A stretch of 64,000 nt of DNA from NCBI GenBank assembly GCA_965261085.1, contig OZ253442.1, forward strand, positions 3,264,001 to 3,328,000, in the 5' to 3' direction. Shown here one piece after another: positions 39,601 through 48,303 of this stretch. Position numbers and translations under genes: made by a program. The notes beneath the pieces were generated by a model. The model saw only the letters and a program-made list of their open reading frames with translations. It made no database searches and had not been told where the DNA came from. Numbering within the stretch: the stretch's first letter is position 1; every line of letters starts with the position of its first letter. This DNA is from a bacterium. GTDB taxonomy: Bacteria > UBA8248.

Positions 39601-42020
39601 CTGTGCAGGCCGCCGTCGCCGGCGCGCACCGTCAGCTCGTACCGGATCGCACCCGACTCGTAGTCCTCGCCCGCGCCCTGGTACGACAGGGCGCCCGACT
39701 CGGAGTCGATGGCGAACAGGCCACCGGAGTCGCCCGCCTCGATGCTGTAGGTAATCGTCGAGTCTTCCGGGTCCGTCGCCGATACCGCGCCCAGAGACAC
39801 CCCGTTCGCGCCCCCGTCCGCGTTCTCCGCAAGCGTGAACTCGTAGGACGTCTGCCCGAACGCCGGAGCTTCGGCCACGTCGGTGACGTTGACGGTCACG
39901 TCGCTGTGCAGGCCGCCGTCGCCGGCGCGCACCGTCAGCTCGTAGCTGGTCGTGCCCGACTCGTAGTCCTCGCCCGCGCCCTCGTACGACAGGGCGCCCG
40001 TCCCTGAGTCGATGGCGAACAGGCCACCGGAGTCGCCCGCCTCGATGCTGTAGCTCACCGCCGCATCTTCGGGGTCCGTGGCCGAAACCGCGCCCAGAGA
40101 CACCCCGTTCGCGCCCCCGTCCGCGTTCTCCGCGAGTGAGAACGCGTAGCTCCCCTCCGCGAACGCCGGAGGACCGTTCACGGTTTCCTGCTGTGCGGTC
40201 TGAGGCGAGACGTCCCTGACCTCAACCTCGTAGGCGCCGAGTCCGGAGTAGGCGCCGGCGATGATGTAATGTGTGCCGCTCTCGGTCGGGGTGAAGTTCA
40301 ACCGGCTGTTGTAGCCTTCGCCTCCATCGTCGTTGGACACGCCCGCAATTCGGCTGCCGTCAGGGCCCTTGATGCCGCGCAGATAGGGGTCGCTCAGCGT
40401 GCCGTCGCCCGTCGGGCTGCCCCTGAGATCGATGATGTAGGTCCGCCCCGCAACCAGCTCCACCGCAAACCCATCCCGGTCGCCCGTGCTCCCGATCTTG
40501 CCCGTCGCCGTGTCGCCGACCGCAATCCGACCGGCAGTGGAGATGTTCGCTGCGAAGTCCTCGCCGTACGGCTCGGATACCGTCTGAGGAGTGTTTTGCT
40601 CGCTCTGCGTGACCAGCGGCTCAACCTCCTCCAGCTCCTGGAGGTCGGTGACGTTTACGGTCACGGTCACGTCGCTGTGCAGGCCGCCGTCACTCGCCCG
40701 CACCGTCAACTCATAGCTCGTCGTGCCCGACTCGTAGTCCTCGCCCGCGCCCTGGTACGACAGGGCGCCCGTCCCCGGGTCGATGGCGAACAGGCCACCG
40801 GAGTCGCCCGCCTCGATGCTGTAGGTAATCGTCGAGTTTTCCGGGTCCGTCGCCGATACCGCGCCCAACGCTACACTGCTCGCGCCGCCGTCCGCGTTCT
40901 CCGCGAGTGAGAACGCGTAGCTCCCCTCCGCGAACGCCGGCGCTTCGGCCACGTCGGTGACGTTGACGGTGACGGTCACGTCGCTGTGCAGGCCGCCGTC
41001 ACTCGCCCGCACCGTCAGTTCGTAGCTGGTCGTCCCCGACTCGTAGTCCTCGCCCGCGCCCTGGTACGACAGGGCGCCCGTCTTCGTGTCGATCGCGAAC
41101 AGGCCACCGGAGTCGCCCGCCTCGATGCTGTAGGTAATCGTCGAGTCTTCCGGGTCCGCCGCAGAGACCGCGCCCAACGCTACACTGATCGCGCCGCCGT
41201 CCGTGTTCTCCGCGAGTGAGAACGCATAGCTCCCCGCCGCGAACGCCGGCGCCTCATTCGCCCCCTCCTGCTGTTGCTGCTCCAAGGCGGCCACCACGGC
41301 GGGATTGGCCCCACTCACCCCATAACGCAGTTTGAATTCGTTGGCGCCTTCTTCCTGCGCTTCCACCCGCACGAAATACGTGCCGGCCAGGAGCGTCTGC
41401 GAAATCCACTCGCTCGCCGTCCCCTCCTCCGTGCCGCTGTAGAGGACGTTGCCTTCGGCGTCCTCCAGAAACAGGTCGGCATCCGCATCCTGCCGGCGCA
41501 AACCCAGTCCAACCCTCCTGGCCTCCGAAAGCGTGAAGCGCCAGTAGTCCACCGAGTCGGAGGAGCCGTCGAGTGATGCTGCCGGAAACTGCGGCCCGGC
41601 GAGCTCCGTGATATCGCCGAGATCGGTCGCGCCGCCGCGCTCGGCGTCCGTATCCACCCATTCCGTCACGCGCACGGTGTACTCGCCCGTCTGATTCGAA
41701 TGGCCGCGAGCTTCGATATAGTAGGCGCCGGTGGTGGCGGCGGTGAAGGTCAACCGGGCGTCCCTGCCGACGCCGCCATCGTTGTCCCGGGCGCCCGCAA
41801 TCCGGTTGCCGGCGGCGTCGTAGAGGCCTCGCAGTACCGGGTCCTGCAGGGCGCCACCGCCGCTGTCGGCTCCCTCCAGGCCGATGACGTAGGTATGGCC
41901 GGCGACCAGGTCGACCGCGAACCAGTCGAAGTCTTTCGAGGTCTCGATCTCACCCGCCGCCGAGCCGCCCACCGCAACCGTTCCGGTGGTCTGCGTATCG
42001 GATGTATAGTCGTCAGGCAT
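36669..42020 (-). CDS. Large secreted PPC-like plus cadherin-repeat protein, 1783 aa
   Basis: Same N-terminal ~250 aa as 25029-28280; six cadherin-like repeats; six C-terminal PPC-like repeats; ends YTLSVSVEEVM. Confidence 0.92.
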   Translation of the reverse strand: MPDDYTSDTQTTGTVAVGGSAAGEIETSKDFDWFAVDLVAGHTYVIGLEGADSGGGALQDPVLRGLYDAAGNRIAGARDNDGGVGRDARLTFTAATTGAYYIEARGHSNQTGEYTVRVTEWVDTDAERGGATDLGDITELAGPQFPAASLDGSSDSVDYWRFTLSEARRVGLGLRRQDADADLFLEDAEGNVLYSGTEEGTASEWISQTLLAGTYFVRVEAQEEGANEFKLRYGVSGANPAVVAALEQQQQEGANEAPAFAAGSYAFSLAENTDGGAISVALGAVSAADPEDSTITYSIEAGDSGGLFAIDTKTGALSYQGAGEDYESGTTSYELTVRASDGGLHSDVTVTVNVTDVAEAPAFAEGSYAFSLAENADGGASSVALGAVSATDPENSTITYSIEAGDSGGLFAIDPGTGALSYQGAGEDYESGTTSYELTVRASDGGLHSDVTVTVNVTDLQELEEVEPLVTQSEQNTPQTVSEPYGEDFAANISTAGRIAVGDTATGKIGSTGDRDGFAVELVAGRTYIIDLRGSPTGDGTLSDPYLRGIKGPDGSRIAGVSNDDGGEGYNSRLNFTPTESGTHYIIAGAYSGLGAYEVEVRDVSPQTAQQETVNGPPAFAEGSYAFSLAENADGGANGVSLGAVSATDPEDAAVSYSIEAGDSGGLFAIDSGTGALSYEGAGEDYESGTTSYELTVRAGDGGLHSDVTVNVTDVAEAPAFGQTSYEFTLAENADGGANGVSLGAVSATDPEDSTITYSIEAGDSGGLFAIDSESGALSYQGAGEDYESGAIRYELTVRAGDGGLHSDVTVTVNVTDVAEAPAFAQPSYAFDLAENADGALFGIAVAPVVATDPDNDRITYSIEAGDPDGLFMIDAETGLVVYLGTGEDYESGTRSYELTVRASDGGLHSDVTVNVNVTDVAEAPAFAETSYAFSLAENADGGTIPVSLGLVQATDPENSTITYSIEAGDPDGLFAIDPGTGALSYRGAGEDYESETRSYELTVRASDGGLHSDVSVTVNVTDVADVEEYVSLQQEASVSEPDGEDLPEDTSTTGRVAVGDTATGKIGTPGDRDWFAVELEAGRIYRIDLEGSWTGAGTLVDPYLRGVYNEDHFFIVGTTVNDSGRGLNSRQTLTLDETGTYYVAAGAWGTREGTYRLSVADVTDTHTDDFAAGTGTTGAVAVGGSARGTIQHVNDRDWFAVELEAGKRYRIDLEGYDTGAGNLSDPYLRGIHDADGDRLAGTTNDDGGAGSNSRVYITVDETGTYYVAAGGYANEKGTYTLSVTEYRDDFDAGTGTTGAVAVGGSTTGEIESPGDRDWFAVTLDAGRTYRIDLEGFFTAAGTLSVPDMQGIYDANGVLIVDITDGSEGAGYNSRVYFTAEEDATYYVAAGGYGRVVGTYTLSVTDTTDGDPDDFEAGTGTSGAVEVDGSATGDIEIFGDRDWFAVTLEAGGIYRIKLDFENRFATLYDPYVRGIHDANGILIDGTEDNKGGTGYVTSRVYFTAEEAGAYYVAVGSDSDWEGAYTLSVTEIPDDFAAGTDTAGAVEVGGSETGRIDFEDDRDWFAVTLEAGRTYRIDLEGSWTGGGTLYNPYLRGVHDADGLLLPGTTDNNGGAVYNSRVTFTPEEDAVYYVAAGGYVSSYNGYQAGTYTLFVTDVTDGVPDDYEAGTGTNGTVAVGGSVMGEIETGGDQDWFAVTLEADKIYRIDLKGDDTGHGTMRDPYLRGLHDADGNLLPGTTADDGGTDWNSRMEFTADDAGTYYVAAGAGGTWEGAYTLSVSVEEVM

Positions 42021-42345
42021 GGTCTGTCACCTTTCTCAAGTGAATCCGGGGCAATGGGCGCCCCGGCGCAACTCGTTTCTCCTCGTCGAGGGATCCGGAA
42101 AATCCCCCCAAACACTTGCACGCACCGATAACTCCCCGTGCACCGCCCCAGGGTTGCTCTACGGAGCACTGTAAATGACCATGAACCCATTTAAGCACAA
42201 AATGTGTGAACTTAGTGTGAGCGTTTGCGACAATTACGTGTTGTTATCGTGTTGCTTTGGATGAATTCTGCCGTGGGGCCGCAACTGCGCCGTGGACAAG
42301 GCGTTCCGAAACGATCCGCTGACAGTGGGACAGTGGGACGCCGTC
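42021..42345 (-). promoter_or_regulatory. Shared leader
   Basis: TTAAGCACAAAATGTGTGAACTTAGTGTGA core at 42191-42220. Confidence 0.85.
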
Positions 42346-42384
42346 AGGCCAGGCCGCGCGCCGCGAGGGAGCGGAGGCGCGAAC

Positions 42385-42510
42385 AGGGCTACGCCGGAAC
42401 CGGCAAGACCGCGATGCTGAACCGCGCCCTTCTGGAGAAACGCGGCTACGGGGCCATGGGTCTCGCGCTCTCGGCGCCTGCCGCGCGGACCCTGGAAGCC
42501 GAGGCCGGGG
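42385..42510 (+). pseudogene. TrwC/TraI (MOBF) relaxase helicase fragment
   Basis: QGYAGTGKTAMLN..GLALSAPAARTLEAEAG; followed by a short lipoyl/HlyD-like fragment at 42510-42575. Confidence 0.7.
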
Positions 42511-42579
42511 ATGGTGGTCAAGGTGTTCTTCGCCGAAGGCGAGGCGGTCGAGGAAGGCGACGTGTTGGTGGCGATTTTT

Positions 42580-42815
42580 TTGAGACCGCCCACATCGAGG
42601 CGAAGGCGTATTTGCCCGCATTTGACGTCCGTGTTCATAGGGGGGATTTCGGTATAGTGGCGGAGCGACTCGGCTCGTTCGGGCCGAGGGAATTTCTGAA
42701 AAATACGATAAATTCACGGGGTTTTTCGATAAAAAAATGAAAGCATATCCTATTGATATATATTGAGTTAAGCGATAAATCGCCTCTGATCGGGGCGGAA
42801 TCAGGCGTTGATGGA
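42580..42815 (+). repeat. Island boundary element, copy 2
   Basis: Direct match to 61705-61928; inverted match to 9140-9310. Confidence 0.85.
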
Positions 42816-42849
42816 ACTCAGCAGCGCATGCACCGCCGCGTTCAGCCGC

Positions 42850-43461
42850 GACGGTTCTGGCCAGCGCCGTATTCGGCTCCATCTCCGGCAGCGCGGCAGC
42901 CACGCTGACCTGCGTAGGCGGCGTGATGCTGCCTCGGCTTGAACGGGCCAACTATCCGAAGGGATTCTCGGCCGCGCTGATCTCCAACGCCGCGCCGCTG
43001 GGACTGCCGATCCCGCCGAGCTCGATTCAGATAATCTATGCCTGGGTCACGCGCCAATCCGTGCTGAAATGCTTTCTGGCAAGAGTCGTACCGGGCATCG
43101 TCCTGGTCTTCCTGCTGTGCCTGGTGAACTTCGTCATGATGCGGCATAATAAGGGCACCATGGTCGAAGAAACGCCGGAGTCCTGCTGTCGGCCCCGCTG
43201 ATGTTACCCATCGTACGCGAACTGGGGGTCGATCCGATACAGTTCGCGGCGATCATCGGAGTGAATCTCGGTATGGGCAATATCACGCCGCCTACCGCGC
43301 CGCTGCCGTACTTGGGAGCGCGCCTCGGAAACACCCCCGTGAACTCCATGCTGAAGCATACGCTGATGATGAGCCTGTTCGCGTGGATTCCTACGCTTCT
43401 GTTGGCCACCTACGTCCCGGAGGCGTCGCTCGCGCTGCCCCGGCTGGTGTTCGGACCTTGA
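42850..43461 (+). pseudogene. TRAP transporter large permease (DctM) remnant
   Basis: FGSISGSA..IPPS and GVDPIQF..GNITPP motifs; 5' end and central part deleted. Confidence 0.8.
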
Positions 43462-43471
43462 GGGCCGCCGT

Positions 43472-44662
43472 ATGACCCATGCGTTCCTCGCCGATCTTGC
43501 CGGCCGGATCGAAACCCTGAAGGCCGACGGTCTGTTCAAGCAAGAGCAGGTCATCTCATCGCCGCAGCAAGGCGAGGTCACCCTACAGACGGGTACGTCC
43601 TGCATCAATCTCTGCGCAAACAACTACCTGGGCCTGTCCAATCACCCCCGGCTGGTCGAGGCCGCAAGGGCCGCGTTGTCCCAGTACGGTTTCGGAATGT
43701 CGTCGGTCCGGTTCATCTGCGGGACCCAGGTTCCCCACAAGCTGTTGGAGGAGCGTCTGAGCGAGTTTCTGGGAATGGAGGACACAATCCTGTTCCCCAG
43801 TTGTTTCGACGCCAACGCAGGGCTGTTCGAGAGCCTTCTGGGTCCGGAAGACGCGATCATATCGGATGCGTTGAACCACGCGTCGATTATCGACGGTGTG
43901 CGTCTTTGCCGCGCGAAGCGGTTCCGTTACGCCAACAACGACATGAAGGACCTTGAGGTCAGGCTGAAGGAAGCGGCCAGCGCGCGCTATCGCTTGATCG
44001 CCACGGACGGGGTTTTTTCGATGGACGGCCATATGGCCGATTTGCCGGCCATCTGTGACCTGGCGCAAAGACACGATGCCATTGTGATGGTCGACGACAG
44101 CCATGCCGTCGGCTTTGTCGGCGCCACCGGACGAGGTACGCCTGAGCGCTGCAATGTCACGGGGCGGGTCGACATCCTGACGGGGACCCTCGGCAAGGCG
44201 CTGGGAGGCGCGGCCGGTGGTTACGTCTCGGCCCGCCGAGTTATCGTGGAATGGCTGCGCCAGCGCGCGCGCCCCTACCTCTTCTCCAACACACTGGCCC
44301 CCGTCATCGCCCAGACCAGCCTGACAGCGCTGGATTTTCTCGCCGGCTCCTCGGAACTGCGAGAGCGGCTTTGGCGCAATACGAAGCACTTCCGCACCGA
44401 AATCACCGCCCTGGGATTCGAACTGCTGCCGGGCGAGCATCCCATCATTCCCCTGATGCTGCGCGATCCGAAGCTGGCGCAGAACTTCGCCGACGGACTT
44501 CGCGACAAGGGCGTATTGGTCACTGCGTTTTCGTTTCCCGTTGTCCCGCGCGGGCAGGATCGGATCCGCACGCAGATGTCGGCGGCCCACGATATGGAGG
44601 ATCTCGACCGCGCCATCAGCGCCTTCGCCGAGGTGGGCCGCCGACTTGGAGTCATCACGTAG
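43472..44662 (+). CDS. kbl: Glycine C-acetyltransferase (2-amino-3-ketobutyrate CoA ligase)
   Basis: [43 protein letters not shown]. Confidence 0.95.
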   Translation: MTHAFLADLAGRIETLKADGLFKQEQVISSPQQGEVTLQTGTSCINLCANNYLGLSNHPRLVEAARAALSQYGFGMSSVRFICGTQVPHKLLEERLSEFLGMEDTILFPSCFDANAGLFESLLGPEDAIISDALNHASIIDGVRLCRAKRFRYANNDMKDLEVRLKEAASARYRLIATDGVFSMDGHMADLPAICDLAQRHDAIVMVDDSHAVGFVGATGRGTPERCNVTGRVDILTGTLGKALGGAAGGYVSARRVIVEWLRQRARPYLFSNTLAPVIAQTSLTALDFLAGSSELRERLWRNTKHFRTEITALGFELLPGEHPIIPLMLRDPKLAQNFADGLRDKGVLVTAFSFPVVPRGQDRIRTQMSAAHDMEDLDRAISAFAEVGRRLGVIT

Positions 44663-44672
44663 CGCATGGGAA

Positions 44673-45488
44673 ATGAGCATGTTCAAGCTTGAAGGACACA
44701 CGGCCATTGTCACCGGCGGCGCCAGCGGCATCGGACTCGCCACTGCGCAAACGCTGGCGGATATGGGCGCCAACGTCGTCATCGCCGACCTGAACGAGGA
44801 GGCGGGCACGCAGACGGCGGAAGAGTTGAAGGCGCGAGGCACCGCGGCGCTGTTCGTCAGGACCGACGTGGCCGAGGCCCGAGACGTCGAAGCGCTCATC
44901 AAGGCGGTTACGGACCGGTTCGGCTCGCTGGAAATCCTGATGCATTTCGCGGGGATCGGTATGGAGATACACGCCCTGGAAACCACCCTTCAGGATTGGA
45001 ACCGCATCATCGCCGTCAACCTTACGGGAAGTTTCCTGATGATGCGGGCCGCCGGCGCCGCTATGGTCAAGGCAGGATATGGCCGGATCGTGTCGATGTC
45101 ATCGGTTGCGGGGTTGCGGGGCGGGACGGGACGCGCGGCCTACGGTGCGTCCAAAGGCGGAGTCGCGGCATTGACACGGGTGATGGCGTCGGAGTGGGCT
45201 GAGTTCGGAGTGACTGTCAACACCCTGGCGCCGGGACCCATCGAAACCCCGCTGGTGAAGAAAATGCACGACCAGGAGACCCGCCGGGCCTATCTCCAGG
45301 GCGTTCCGGTGAACCGCTACGGGGTTCCGGAGGAGGTGGCGGTCGCGGCCGTCTATCTGGCGCTGCCGCAATCCGGCTACATCAACGGCGTGACGCTGCC
45401 AGTGGACGGCGGTTTCGACGCCAGCGGCGTCCTCAAACGTGGCCCCGGCTCCGGTGGACCCGAGGGGTCCGGGACGACCGCCTCCTGA
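44673..45488 (+). CDS. SDR family oxidoreductase
   Basis: TGGASGIG, YGASK, VNTLAPG; start at 44673 just after the kbl stop. Confidence 0.9.
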   Translation: MSMFKLEGHTAIVTGGASGIGLATAQTLADMGANVVIADLNEEAGTQTAEELKARGTAALFVRTDVAEARDVEALIKAVTDRFGSLEILMHFAGIGMEIHALETTLQDWNRIIAVNLTGSFLMMRAAGAAMVKAGYGRIVSMSSVAGLRGGTGRAAYGASKGGVAALTRVMASEWAEFGVTVNTLAPGPIETPLVKKMHDQETRRAYLQGVPVNRYGVPEEVAVAAVYLALPQSGYINGVTLPVDGGFDASGVLKRGPGSGGPEGSGTTAS

Positions 45489-45540
45489 AGTACGGCGTAC
45501 ATCTCCACCGCATCGCGCTTAGGGCGCGGGAAACGCCACG

Positions 45541-46112
45541 ATGGCCAAAACACGGAAGTACGATACCCCATCGTTTTAGGACTTGGCGGCGTGGGGAGCG
45601 CCACGCTCTATCAACTGGCGCAGCGTGGCAAGCGGGTGCTCGGCATCGAACAGTTCGGCATTGTCCACGACATGGGATCCTCCCACGGCGTCACGCGAAT
45701 CATACGCCTCGCATATCATGAACACCCGTCGTACGTGCCTCTGGTGCGGCGAGCTCTTGAACTTTGGCGGGACCTTGAGAGGGCGAGTGGAGAGCAGATA
45801 CTCCACGTCACGGGCACGCTGGACGCAGCCGCGCCGGCCAACACAGGCTTCATGGGCGCCCTGCGTTCGTGTGCGGAACACGACCTGCCCCACGAAGTGC
45901 TGACCAGCGCGGAGGTCACCCGGCGCTATCGAGGCTACCGTCTGCCGGCGGAAACCATGGCCGTCTTTCAGCGTGACGGCGGTTTCCTCCACGCGGAGTG
46001 ATGCGTCGCCTTGTTTACGGAACTGGCGCAGCGGCTCGGCGCGGCCGTGCATACAAACGAGCGTCTGTTGGAGTGGCAGCCAAGCGCGAACGAAGGCGCC
46101 GCTGTGGAGAGA
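45541..46112 (+). pseudogene. N-methyltryptophan/sarcosine oxidase (SolA-like) pseudogene
   Basis: GLGGVGS, GSSHGVTRIIRLAY; frameshift near 45570, TGA at 45999, truncated near 46112. Confidence 0.85.
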
Positions 46113-46145
46113 CAAAAATAATTGCAAATGACCCGATAATCGGCC

Positions 46146-46262
46146 TTTTTCCCAGACATAAAACAGCTAGAAAACCGACTTTTCCCCAGGCAAAAAACAG
46201 CTAGAAAATCGAGAGATTTTTCAGGCAGAAAAGGGCTAGAAAATTAGGGGATTTTCCTGGCC
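46146..46262. repeat. About 3.5 degenerate 34-35-bp direct repeats
   Basis: GCTAGAAAA at 46166, 46200 and 46235, each preceded by TTT..CAG(G/A)CA. Confidence 0.7.
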
Positions 46263-46685
46263 ATTCGTAATTATTTTTGTTCGGCTACACAGACGATCAT
46301 CAGTCTTAGGGCTGAACAGGGCCTCTTGAATCGCTGAATACACCGGTTCAAGCGGGTCTTCTACATCGATATCGAGCGCTGTTCCTTTGTTCCTCTTCTT
46401 GGGTATTTGAGAGGAGAGATTCGAATGAACTATTTTTGGAATTTAAAAGTTTTTTCGAGAATAAGCAGCCGTGACGCTCTCATCGTCTGTGAGGGCAGTG
46501 CCTACCGGGCCCGACTCATCAAAACCTCCCCTTGTTCAACCGCCGGTAGGCGTCGGTGCCCTTCAGCGCCTTGTTCTTCTGTGCGTAGTCCCAGGGAGTT
46601 CTCTCCTTCTTGTCCCGCGCCTTGGGGTCTGCGCCCGACCCCAACAGCGACCGAGCGGTTTCCGGCTGATTGCGTCCCGCCTTAT

Positions 46686-47918
46686 TCAGCCCTCACCCAG
46701 CGCGAGACGGGGGACCGGCTTCTCGTCAATGGCCAGATGGACGATGGCCGCGAACACCGCGAAGAACACGGCAGCCCACCACATCAGGTCGTACGAGCCG
46801 GTGCGATCGTAGAGCACCCCACCCATCCATACGCCGATGAAGCTTCCGAGCTGATGGCCCAGGAACACGATGCCGAAGAGGGTCCCCATGAATTTCAACC
46901 CGAAGAGCTGCATGACGATGCCGGTGGTCAGCGGGACCGTTGAGAGCCACAGCAGCCCCATCAATGCAGCGAACAGATAGATCGTCAGGTCCCTCGCCGG
47001 GGCCATCAGGAGCGCGACGATGACCAGCGCCCGGGCCAAGTAGATGACGGAAAGACTCATCTTCTTGCTGAACCGTTGGCCGATGGCGCCCGACATGAAC
47101 GCGCCGAAGATGTTGAGCAGCCCGACGATCGCGAGCGCATAGGCGCCTACATGCGGCGAGAGGCCGAGATCGGTGACGTAGGAGGGGAAGTGCACGACGA
47201 TGAACGCGACGTGGAACCCGCACACGAAGAACCCGACAGTGAGGAGCACGTAGCCGCGATGGCTCATCGCCTCGCTGAGAGCTTCCCCGAGAGTCTGGCC
47301 CGATTCCAGTTCGCCGACTGTCTTGCCCGCGCCCCGTAGGGTGAACGCGAGCGGAATCATGACCAGCGTGATGAGAGAGATCAGCAAGAGCGAGTCGTAC
47401 CAGCCGTAGCTCGATATCAGGGCCTGGCTGAGCGGTGAGAAGATCACTTGGCCGAGCGAGCCGGCCGCGGTTCCGAAGCCGAGGGCAAGCGAGCGGCGTT
47501 CCGGCCCCACGACCCGCGCGATGGCGGCGAGCACGAGCGAGAACGAGGTGAACGCGACCCCGAGGCCGACGAGGAGGCCGCCGCTCAGATGGAGTGCGAG
47601 CCCGCTGTCCGACACCGCCATGCCTGCAACGCCCATGGCGTAGACGATTGCGCCCAAGGCGATCACCAGCGCCGGTCCGTACCGGTCCGCAATGGCCCCA
47701 GCGACCGGGACGCCGACTCCCCACAATAGATTCTGGACCGCCATCGCGAACGCGAAGGTCTGGCGCGACCACCCGTTCGAAACCGTCATCGGCTCGAGAT
47801 AGAGCCCGAAGCTCCCCCGGACCCCAAATCCGATGAGCGAGATCAGACAACCGCCCACGATCACCGCGAGCGCGGCGCCACGGCCGGGATGGATATCGGT
47901 GGCGATAACGCGGCTCAT
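46686..47918 (-). CDS. MFS transporter
   Basis: About 12 TM segments, GAIADRYG motif A, FFVCGFH. Confidence 0.9.
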   Translation of the reverse strand: MSRVIATDIHPGRGAALAVIVGGCLISLIGFGVRGSFGLYLEPMTVSNGWSRQTFAFAMAVQNLLWGVGVPVAGAIADRYGPALVIALGAIVYAMGVAGMAVSDSGLALHLSGGLLVGLGVAFTSFSLVLAAIARVVGPERRSLALGFGTAAGSLGQVIFSPLSQALISSYGWYDSLLLISLITLVMIPLAFTLRGAGKTVGELESGQTLGEALSEAMSHRGYVLLTVGFFVCGFHVAFIVVHFPSYVTDLGLSPHVGAYALAIVGLLNIFGAFMSGAIGQRFSKKMSLSVIYLARALVIVALLMAPARDLTIYLFAALMGLLWLSTVPLTTGIVMQLFGLKFMGTLFGIVFLGHQLGSFIGVWMGGVLYDRTGSYDLMWWAAVFFAVFAAIVHLAIDEKPVPRLALGEG

Positions 47919-48303
47919 GGGGATTCGGTCTCCATCTCAAGCAATGGTCGAAGCACGGCGCGACCGTCTAACTGTCTCCGCCACGCATGCACAAAGTGCG
48001 CAATGTAACACGCCTGGAGTCGATATCGAATTCGGACCCGGATCATCCGTCTCGCAGAGCGACTCCGCCCGCAGCCGTGAAGGTGCGCTTCCTCGTCAAC
48101 CGCGACCGAGCGCATCCTCGAGGTCCGCGACGAGGCGCAGCGCGCCATGATGGGGGCGAGGACTTTGCTCGGACGGATAGCCGAAGTGCGCGAGATCGCC
48201 GATTTGGCGCTCTTCCTCTGCTCGCCCGAGGCTGACTACCTGACGAGCCGGACGTTGACGGTAAACGGCGGATGGCTGATAACGTGAGGGGGGGGCGGAT
48301 GGA

